Assembly: GCA_008632985.1 (NCBI GenBank)
Contig: QPGO01000037.1
Location: 124,001-188,000, forward strand
DNA: 64,000 bases
Source: Psammoneis japonica
Lineage: Eukaryota
Direction: 5' to 3'
Shown here: one piece after another, positions 37,530-47,699 of the stretch
How positions within the stretch are numbered: position 1 is the stretch's first letter
Layout of the letters: every line of letters begins with the position of its first letter
The notes under the pieces: model-generated
Seen by the model: the letters and a program-made list of their open reading frames with translations, nothing else
What the model was told of the DNA's origin: nothing
The model's database searches: none
Made by a program: the position numbers and the translations under genes

Positions 37530-38207
37530 TTACAACGTGACAGCGTTCAAAGGAAGAAATTGATCTTCGGTTTCGTTCTGCTCGTTTATTCTTCGTCTTC
37601 TGTTGAAACACCAGAGCACGGCAACAATACTTGTAACAACAAACAAGGCCCCAAAGCTGTCTTCAGAACGTGCTTGGCACATGTTCGTTTCCCACAATCG
37701 GCAGTACAAATTCAGTAAAAGCGACAAGATGGGAATGCCGGCCAACATGCCCAAAACGAATCTACAACAGAGAATGGCTTTTGCCTCTTCCATCGTGTCT
37801 TCGCATACTGCATATGCAAAAGGTATGCGACTCAGAATGACTTTTGCAAAGCTATAGATCCCCAGAGCTCCCGTCAGAGCTAGCGGTAAGCAAGAAATTA
37901 TCCAGCAGCCGAGAACCAAGTTGGAATACTCTTCGTTCTGCGCGTTGATATCAAGAACACTATAAATTGACCGCAGACAAGGTGCTTGAACCAATTGCAT
38001 TAACTGAGTGATGATTCCAACTGAACAACCAAAAAGTAAACTGAGGCTCTTTAATCGATTGAGACGTCCCTCGTCGGGAGAATAATACGTGGGCTCGGAA
38101 ACAGAACTGTTCGTCAAAAGAGGGGAAGAATTCGACTCAAGATAATCTGCATCATAGTAGAGTGGCGAATTCGTTTGGGAACGATGGGTATCGCCGCTTT
38201 GGAACAT
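37530..38207 (-). CDS. Hypothetical membrane protein (about 4 TM segments)
   Basis: 225-aa ORF of normal composition with four hydrophobic segments; no recognised family. Confidence 0.6.
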   Translation of the reverse strand: MFQSGDTHRSQTNSPLYYDADYLESNSSPLLTNSSVSEPTYYSPDEGRLNRLKSLSLLFGCSVGIITQLMQLVQAPCLRSIYSVLDINAQNEEYSNLVLGCWIISCLPLALTGALGIYSFAKVILSRIPFAYAVCEDTMEEAKAILCCRFVLGMLAGIPILSLLLNLYCRLWETNMCQARSEDSFGALFVVTSIVAVLWCFNRRRRINEQNETEDQFLPLNAVTL

Positions 38208-38887
38208 TGTCACTTTGAACTCTGTTGATCGTTTGGACTGGTACCTTCACTTGTGTTGGATTTGTACCACCAACAAGAATCGAAAGCCGACCAAGACGAA
38301 GACGAGAACAACCACCTTTTTGAGGGGAACTACAAAAAGTGAGCTTTTTGTTCGATCCCCTTTTTCGTATGTCGCTTATGGGAACGAGACGTTTCCCAAT
38401 CAGTTTTACTTATGAACAGCGTCGTTTTCATCAGAAGCATGTTGACAAGTATTTAACGGTCTTTGTTTTGTATATATTTAATATCGAAGATATATATATT
38501 ACTAAGATCGTTAAATGTCATAAGGTACATTGCGGGGCAACGCAAAAAGCAAAAGAGGTTTGGCCTGATGATCATGTTTTTTCGCTCGTACCTCTCTTGT
38601 GAAACACAGAAGCGGCTTAAATATGACCTCTTTGTACAGTACTGAGCTGGAGTACCGGTGTTGTAGCACTTGCAATCCAAGCTGGGAGTTTGGCTGTACC
38701 GCATCTCACGAAATGAGCCTTTGCCGCGTTCTGTTTGAAGTCCCAGTTGGGAGTTGCGCTTTAGCTTGCTGCATCTCGCCGAATGAGCCGTTTCCTGAGC
38801 TCTCGTTAAAGTACATAGCAGATTGTGCAACGAACGTATATAAAGAGTCGATAGCGGCATGATCTGTCTATTTTCCCAACCCATGTC

Positions 38888-40973
38888 CTATGACGTAGAC
38901 GCCGACTGTTGTGTCCCTCCTCCGGATGCCATTCCCATCGCCTGCATGCTCTTGGCTTGTTTTATGAGTTCTTCTGTATCTTTCTCAGAAACCTCTTGCC
39001 CTTGTGCTTTTGCCATTGTGGTCATGACGGCCACTTCTGCTCGAGCCTTAATTTCCTGCGTGTCGTGGTGCTTCAAATCCATTCCGCCTCCAGCTGCCGT
39101 TCCAATTTCATAGAAAACTCCTCCCAATATCTGCACCGCCTCTGCTCTCTTCGTTCTCACCTCAATCGGCACGGATGCATCTGTAAAGAGCCTTCTGCAC
39201 ACTCGTTTTAGAGTTCGAGTAATGTCCCGTACATTGATCGCCCAAGCTAGCGCCAGAATCTGGGGAAGCGACTCCTCGATCTTCTTTTGGGCCAAGGCGG
39301 CTTGTTCAGGATCAATTGAAACGCTCGTCCCATCGGCGCTGTTGGCTTTGTTTTCACTCTCAGACTTCGTGCGTGCTTCTTTTTGGACGGTTTCCACCTC
39401 TTTCATTGCTCTGCGACCAGCCCGAGCCGCACTTATACCAGCTCCAAGAATTTGCATGTTATTGGAGAAGTTCTTGGCATTCTTGCGAGCGCGAGCAGAA
39501 TGCCCCTCAACACCCAAAAACGAATTCTGAAATCCCAAGAACTCGTCTGCTTCCACCTGGAACGCAAAGCCAATGGTGGTACAAAACGTGTCTCCAAAAG
39601 AGCCTTCCACGATTTTCTTGGCCTCTTCTTGACAAGAGGTTTTAAATTCTTCAACCGTTTGCTCGCCATTCACAAATGGCGCGATACGTTCCCGTACATT
39701 CAGCGCACACTTTACCTCTCGCTTGCGTTGTTTGAACTTGGCTTCTTCCGATTGTTCAGCATGTTTCTTTGCCATTTCCATCGCATCCTTTTCAACGTCT
39801 CCCTCTTCGCCGCTCTCTTCAAACATTCCCTCCGAGGACGCATCCTTGATGAGGGCATCGGCCGTGTTTGCAATCCACAGCTCGCCAATATAGGGTTCCA
39901 CTAAATGCGACCCAAACATGACTGCAAAGAACACATAAGGATCAATTTCGGCCATGTCAGTCTCGGCGGATGTCTCTGGTTTTCCATTCTTGTCGTACAA
40001 TCTTCGGGATTCTTCGTTGCAGAGAATCTGATAGGCGTGTCCCAATTCTTGGAATTTCTTTGCCGCCTCTGGATCATCAGGGTTCTTATCAGGGTGACAT
40101 CGTCTCGCCTCCTTGTAGTAAGCTTTCTTGATTTCAGCCTGCGAGGCATTGGTGCTGACTTTGAGCAAGTCGTAAAACTCCCGATCCTTGACGGGACGCT
40201 CCGTAAGGGTTGCACCCGTCTCTGATTTACCGCCCGTCTTCTTTTCGGCTTCCAACCGCTCTACCTCTTCCATTTCTTTATCCAAATAGTAAAAATACCA
40301 TTCACGCTTTTCCTTATCCCACTGCATTCCCTTTCGACTGCTCTGCACGGCTTCTGCTGAATTCACAACACCCCGTCCCACCTGATAGGCACCGACGCAA
40401 ATACCAGTCACGGGCAACGCGACGGCTGAAACAACTCCTGTAGCAAGACCCGTCACAAAGCCCTTGGCACCATCCGCGTGCGCCCCAGCAATCGGTTGTG
40501 CAATCAAGGATGCCACTCCCGCGACCGTGCCCTTGGCAACACTCTTGAGACCTGAACTGAGACCGGCCCAACCGTCTTTGGGTCTCCGAGTCGAAAAGAG
40601 GGAGTCAAACACTTCCTTCGCCTATAACAATTAGTAATGCACAAACAAATTGTGTAAGTATGTTTCCCGGAACTTTTATACTACTAGAACGCACAAACAA
40701 AGCGTTCCGAGCTGTTGGTGCGGGCAACTCAGTCTTCCTCCTTTGAGTGACGGGACCAGCCATTGCAAAACGAGATTGGGCCGTCAAAGCATTTGAAAGA
40801 GGTACAGCGGCAGTCAGTACCATATATAAGCTGTTCCCTAAAAAAAAACTCACCTCTGCAACCTCCTTATCAAGCTCTTCTTCCCTTTTCTTAATGGCTT
40901 CGCTATCTACAAGAGACGAATCAGTGGCTGTCGATTCGTCCGCTTCTTGCTGCTGCTCGCTGCTGCTACTCAT
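38888..40973 (-). CDS. DnaJ domain protein with DnaJ-X domain
   Basis: FYDLLKV...IKKAYYKEARRCHPDKNP; FFAVMFGSHLVEPYIGEL. Exon 1 40854-40973 and intron 40622-40853 join in frame. Confidence 0.92.
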
Positions 40974-41563
40974 GCTGTTGTTTTGATGCAACGTTCTCGT
41001 TTGATACAGTTTTCTCGCGCTTGTTTTCTCAAACTGACGTGATAGAGTTCCTCTACTAGAATAATGACAAGATGAGAGCGTTCGTCTTCCTAGTAGAGTT
41101 ACAACAACTCCACGACTCGACAGCATGCACACAAGAGAAACGAAAAGAGAAAAATGCCACGACACACGACACCTCTGCATGCGTGCACACTGCGGCGCTG
41201 CACGTCGCGATTTTCGTTTCGAGCTCTTGCATCGAAGGATTGTGCGGAGGTCGGACAGACGTATACTGTGCTATCTCATCTTGCGATACTAAACTTAATA
41301 TAAATATTAAGTACATTATAACGTATTTTGGAAAGATCGATTATAAACAAAATTATCACTTCATACTTTAATTCGACAATAAATTCAATAGTATTATAGT
41401 ATATTGTTATTTAATTATGAGTGCATAATATTTACCAAATTTTTTGATGAGTCGTGTGTATCGCTTGCTCTGACATCATCTCACTTTTTCTCGCCGAAAA
41501 TTCGGCGGAGGCATCGCCAGAAGAGATGGACAAGTTTGTCACCATCTTATCAAATCATCGACC

Positions 41564-43699
41564 ATGTCGTCGTCGGAGGACCAAGCCGTTCCACGGGAGC
41601 CCAGTCAGGATGGGAGTTCTCAGAATGAGGATATTCCTAGCTTTGATGAGGATGAATGGTTGAGGGTGGTGGAACAAGCCAACGCCAAAATTGCACAGGA
41701 TGGAGACATGAGTCCAATGGCGAGTGCAGAAGACGCAGAACTTAGCACGCATGTGGATTCCCTTATAGAAGCTGCCAAGGTCCTGGTGAGCAAACAGAAA
41801 AAGCATGAGGACGATAACAACGATCCTTCCGTTGCCAGCTCGGAAGGATCTTTGGGAATGCCTCCCGACAGCAAGAAACCTCCAGAACGGAGCGACGTTG
41901 GTAGTCCTTGGACTTTAGCATCGGAACATGCCGATAATAGTACGTCCAGTCCATGGGAGCAAGTCGAGACAACTACAGTAGAAAAACGAAAAAGGAAGGA
42001 TCCCCGTCTTCCTCCTTCTGGCAAACCTTTTCTGATATCAAAACGATTCCTACTCCTCGCGATGACGACTCGTCTCTTGGATCTGGAAGCATGGACTTAG
42101 TTTCCAACGACGAGAAGAACCCCTGGATGATTACTCCGAACGAATCCATGGTGACTCCGACGAATCCCTCAAACGAAGGTGCAGCGGACGCGAATGAGGG
42201 AGGAGATGCGACTGCAACAGCTCCAATGTCACCGGTTCGTGACCAAGCTGGCATGGAGCAGCCTTCTCCCGCCCAACAGGATCCCAGTGTGATCAATGCA
42301 GCCCCGCTACCTACTACCAGTATGGACCGCAAAGCAACGGATTTTGTTCTCGTCGATGATACTGAACAAATGAGTGGGTCTCCTTCACCGCAAGATGAGC
42401 TCGAGTCAGGCGCAAGCCCTTCGAAGTCAGTTGTCCTTACACATTCCATGACACCAAGCTATGATATGATTGTTGAAGAGGTCCAACAACAGCCTCCAAT
42501 GGAAGCTCATTGTGACGTCTTGCCAACCCGGAGCGCCGCAAAGTCCGATCATCCAGGTGTGCCATCTCCCCTCACTTCTTCTGCAGCACAGAATTGGTTT
42601 GGTTCGATGTCCGTTGGAAGTCCGACTGCACTGTCCAAAGCTTCTCGGGACGGAAAATCCGCTACTCCTTTGCACGACACAACCAATCAAGGAAAAATAA
42701 GTAAAATTCAAAGTCGGGGAAGGCCTGCCATGATAGACACAAACATTTCAACTACAGGTACGTTTTTCCCATCACTATTCCAAAAAGTGTTTTTGCTTCA
42801 ATTCCTTACAGGTATGGTACTTTCTCGCTCTCTTGTCTCTCGGCTTTGCAGCAACAGGTCTCTCAAGCACGGCACAGGTTTCTCTTACTGAAGAAGATCA
42901 AGAATTATTTGTCCGAAACGCTGCTCTTGCCAAGAAGCGAGTGCGCGTAGTTCAGCTTCTTCTCCTTGGACTCCTCGGTCTGGGCATGGGCCTCTTTGGA
43001 ACTATCAATGTGCAAACTACCTGTAGCTTTGTGAAGGCAGAAGCAGATGTCGGCGCGCAGCAAGAGGCATTCGATATGAACTATGGCTTTTGGAAATACT
43101 CCCCAATCGATTCCGCCTTTGATGGACACTCGTATTGCACCGGCTACGACAATGAGTACTTGAGCAGCACAGCTCCGTATGTTTCACGTGTCGCTGGTGT
43201 CTTAGCGTCCATTTGTGGCGGGTATGCAGTTTTTGTGCTTTGGTACTATCTCCTCACGGGACGAGCCAAATATAGGGCTTGGAATTTGGCAGTGCGCTTG
43301 CTGATGGTAGCAGCCTTCATGCAGGCGACAACGTTCTTCATCCTTGCTGACAACATTTGTCAATATAACTCATGTTCCCTGGGTTCTGGAGCAAAGCTTT
43401 CCATTGCGATTGTCATCACTTGGCTTGTTGTAGCATATGAAATGAATGCTCAGAGACCAGTCTCCAACTTGATCCGACAACTCAATGAAACTGGTCCAGT
43501 TGAAAATCAGCTTGCCACTCTAGAAGTGGCGGACTTCAAGGAAGGTGTAAAGAATTATGTGTACCGTTTGACGGGGAAGGCGTCGATTCCCACGTTGAAT
43601 GCTGTTCAACGAAGACGAGGCTTTACTCCAAGGAGTGTCAAGAACGTGGATACGATGAGCCTTCATAGTCCAGCATACAGACCGCCTCCCATTGTTTGA
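41564..43699 (+). CDS. Hypothetical protein: long disordered N-terminus plus claudin-like 4-TM C-terminal domain
   Basis: S/P/D/E-rich ORFs followed by TM1, TCSFV...YGFWKY...C and three more TM segments. Probable intron near 42758-42858; frameshift near 41970. Confidence 0.7.
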
Positions 43700-43862
43700 G
43701 TTTTGTCTTGTACGAACCTTTCTGTACGGTACCTTTTATCTTTACATTTTCAAATAGAACAAAGGAGAAGAATTCATACTCATAAATTTATTATATAATT
43801 GTAGTTAAATCGATGGCATTCTCCCATCTCTGCGTCTCCGCCCAACGCTTTGAAACGAACTG

Positions 43863-44594
43863 TTAGATCCACGTTGACGCACGCTTCTCTCGCATAGCCT
43901 GAGATACCTTCCTCATTGCTTCCCGTTCTGAGAGTAGGAAGTATCGTCCAGTGTTGGGATCCTTCTTCACAAAGCGTCCAACATGCGACACAAGATAGCG
44001 TGCCGTCTCGTAGTTTTTGTGTGTCTTTTGCGCTTTTGTGATAGTCTTCTGCTTGGTGAAACGCGCAGAGTCTTGGCGTTTACTCATGATCACGCGGCGA
44101 TAAAGCCTGTTGCCCTCGTTATTATTGGATCTGCCACCACGCCCAACAAGAATGTCATGGTCTGTGGGTTCTGTAACATAAACACGACGGCTTTTGCTTG
44201 GCGAAAATTTGGGATCCTTTGGCCACAACCAACGAAAGTTTTGGAATAGCATTGCTTTGAAACTCTTGCTGGTGACTGCAAGTAGAAGTCGGGAGCGCAC
44301 ATCGGTAAACTCTACAATGAGGCTTAAGGTGTCATTAGGGAGCTCCGTGATTGAAAATCGGTTGCAGGAGGATTTGTCGGAGGAATCAATGTTGGAGAAA
44401 TCAAAAAGTTTCAGGATTTCATCTTCCAAATCGAGGTCATTCGGCAGGAATGAAAGGGCGAAGTCATCAACATCTTCCATTGGCAGTGGTTCAAAAGGAT
44501 CGGAAAGTTCCATTGTCAATCGTCGATCACTGCGATATCGTAAACTTCTGCTGGCAAAATTGTCATGGTCAAGCCTCGACTCAACTTTGTTCAT
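43863..44594 (-). CDS. F-box-like plus DUF6824 domain protein
   Basis: ITELPNDTLSLIVEFTDVRSRLLLAVTSKSF (F-box-like); PTDHDILVGRGGRSNNNEGNRLYR...GRFVKK...AMRKVSQAMRE (DUF6824). Confidence 0.82.
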   Translation of the reverse strand: MNKVESRLDHDNFASRSLRYRSDRRLTMELSDPFEPLPMEDVDDFALSFLPNDLDLEDEILKLFDFSNIDSSDKSSCNRFSITELPNDTLSLIVEFTDVRSRLLLAVTSKSFKAMLFQNFRWLWPKDPKFSPSKSRRVYVTEPTDHDILVGRGGRSNNNEGNRLYRRVIMSKRQDSARFTKQKTITKAQKTHKNYETARYLVSHVGRFVKKDPNTGRYFLLSEREAMRKVSQAMREKRASTWI

Positions 44595-44679
44595 TGAGTA
44601 TCTTCAACACCTTGTATGTTTACATGATTGACCCGCATGTAGAAAAGTACAATTCTTCCTACTCGCCAATCGTGCAACA

Positions 44680-47510
44680 TTTGGCACACTCATGGTGGGT
44701 GAACGACGAACAATGCACAACAACGCAGTGTGCATGAAGCAGCTCAATTTTTGCACATTCAGCTGTGGCCATGTTGATCCAATCACCTGGTCATGGTGCC
44801 TTCACCATCTGTTGATCAAGAAGATCCAGGCTTCCCCCTTCTTGGATTGCTTTGTTGAACAGGGGAGAAAGAGTGGGCCCTGGTCAAGGCACCCCCCTCC
44901 ATTCAAAAGAGGAGAGGGCTCAATCTTGGCAGCACTTGCTCATGACAATGTGGCAATGAAGCCTGTTGTCCTCATCATTGTCAGAGATCTCTGCACCCAC
45001 CATGCCCAACAAGGGTGTCATGGTCAGCGGGGGCTCTCTGCAGAACATCACACTCAAGAAGATGGCTTCTTTTGCTTGGGGGGCGAGAATTTGGGATCCT
45101 CTTTTGGCAGCAACCAATGAAAGTTTTGGAACAGCATCACTTTGAAGCTCTTGCTGGTGACTGCAAGTGGAAGTCAGGAGCACACATCAACAAACTCTGC
45201 AGTGTGAGGCTCAAGCTGTTGTCACGGAGCTCCTAGATGGACAGAAAAGCCAGCTGCAGGAAGGGGGTTTTTGTCCTCAGAGGAGTTTGTGTCAGAGAAA
45301 TCAAAGTTTTTAAGACGTGCCACTTCCAAATCAAGAGGTCATTTGGCAGGAATGAAAGGCCAAAGTTTTTGACATCATCCTCCATTTTTGGCAGCTGAAA
45401 AGGGCCAGAGAGCTCTGTTGTCAGCACGTCACATCGACCACTTCAGCGTGGCAAGCTTCTGCTGGAAAAGTGTTGTGTGGTGTCAACAATCAAGCCTCAA
45501 CTCAATTGTGCTGATGTGAGAATCTTCAACATGTGGTGCACATTTGCATGATTTGCCCACATGCAGAGCAGCACAGTTCTTCCCACATGAGGGTTTGTTT
45601 GAAAGCACAAATGCCAGCAGCATGAGAGTCGACACAAAAAACTCACTCCCAACCAACAGCTGCTCACTCTCCATCTCAACATTCCCGCAGCTTGTTTGGG
45701 TGCAATGAAAAAAGGAGATGCCCACCCACTCCTTTTGAGATAAAGACACCAAGAGGTTTTTCCGCTGCACTGTTGCAAGGAAGGCAAAAATGCCCACACC
45801 AAATGCATTGCTTGGTGGCAAGAAGGACAGTGTGGAGGAGGAGGCCAGAGGGCAGGGTCAGTGAAAATGACCTTGCCACCACAAGCAGGGGCTTTGAGTT
45901 TCTGTTGTGGAAGTGTGCTGGAGAGCAGCTGGGGTTAACAGAAAGGAAAAATTTTGTGAGTTGATGAGAAGGCAGGGGCAAGACAAGCAAGCACATCATG
46001 GATTAGAAGAAAGCAGTCTGGCCCCAGTGTTTGAGCTTGTTGCTGGAAACAAAGGGCACACATGTGCCTTGAGAAACCAGCACAGAGAGGCAGAACAAGG
46101 GAGAGATGGACAAATGCAGAGATTTGGGAAAAAACAACAACTCAAAGTGCCAAGAAAAATGGAGCATTGGACAAGCTGAGCAAAGCGCCAAGAGTTGCTT
46201 TCAAACCAAAGAACTCCATCAGTTTTCTTTTCATGCAAAATGCCCAAGCAACAGAGCCACAATAAAAAACAACACAAGAAGCAAAATGAAGCAGAGTTGA
46301 GAGCCAATGAAGTGGGCCCATGGTTGGAGAAAAGTTGTGCTGTTTGCGCGATGGCCACAACTGCAGCTGACAATTAAAGTGGCATCATCAACAGCATGGG
46401 TTGATGCAGCAACCAAAAATGAGCTGTTTGCCAAAAACAAATTGTTCAGACAAAACATCTCTTTTGCTGCAGAGAAGTTGCCCCGTGTGTGCTTGAAACA
46501 AGCAAGAGTTTGCTGCATGTGGGATGCTGGGCGGGGGCAGCACAAGATTTGGGTGTTTGGCTTGTTTAAAAACCTGTCTGGAGAGCTCAGAAGGTGACAT
46601 GCTGGACACCCAGTGTGGGGTCAAGTGGCAATGCCTGTACATTCATGAAAAAAGAAATCTGCTCTTCAGCGCAGATGAGCTGTGTGAAACAAGAAAGATT
46701 TTGCTGCACACACAGCATCAGGGGGGCCTCTCTGATGACATCAAAAATGGTGCACGGGGGGGGGGGGCATTTTTGCATTGAAAATTGGTTGGGGAAATGC
46801 TGCTTCAAATGGCATCACAGCCACATTTTTTTCTGCAATGGAGCTGTCTGAACAGCCCCAGGGAGCCCAGCAGGTGTGCGCGGAGGCGGCTTGTTTCTGT
46901 GAAGTTCTTGCTCCCCAAGTGTGCGCGCATGTCCTCCAGACACATGCTCCTCCATCTTGTTTTGTTTCTCTTGCACACACAACACACACGGCTCTCATCT
47001 GTGAGTGCCGTGCACTCCTCTGTTTCCTGTGGGTGTGTTTGCCATGCCTCTTTTTCTTGGGTGTGCACACCACATCTATCACAAAACGACAAACAAATGG
47101 GTTCTCATGTTGACAGTGAAAAGGTTTTGCAAAAGCAAGTGCATTGCTGTTTTCTCCCTTCTCCCCCCTCCTGTCGATTTGTTCTCTCGTGTGGCAGCAT
47201 TGTTCGCCGTGGAGAGCCAGCCAGCACGGCAGAGTTTTCTTGCTTCAACACCGCTGCCTTGGCACACTTGGAAGTTCGATTCTCCAGAGCCTGATGGCAC
47301 CTTTCCAAGGAGTGACTGGAGTATGAATGAGGAGAACACTCCAGTCAGTCCTCTCCTGTCTAGCAGCAGAGCGTGAGGTGGGCCCCTCTCTATCTGCCCC
47401 AGGAGAGAGCGCTGAGCAGAGACACACCCCTGCTGAAGACGACATGCGTCAGCGGTCGCACACTGACGCGCGCAGAATCGCGTGGTGGACGCTGATGAGG
47501 ACCGATCGAA
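44680..47510. other. CpG/TpA-depleted hypermutated domain
   Basis: TA and CG nearly absent; CpG returns near 47440 before TpA does. Confidence 0.9.
44920..45590 (-). pseudogene. Hypermutated tandem duplicate of the adjacent F-box/DUF6824 gene
   Basis: Colinear with about 44070-44662 (e.g. ctcttgctggtgactgcaagt, ggcaggaatgaaagg, cttccaaatc); many indels; CpG and TpA replaced by TG/CA. Confidence 0.92.
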
Positions 47511-47699
47511 AAAACTGAGAAAAGCATAGGAAGAACTGAGAACGATCATCATCGTCAGAATCTTTCCTTACATACATACCAGTGACGTTGTCACTGATCG
47601 GTTTTGACAAGCAGAGAACCCTTTTTCGTATCGTTGTGAGCACTGAATTGCTCTTGTGGTACCGATGCATTTACGGCTTCTTTCAACACGTGGTTCATC

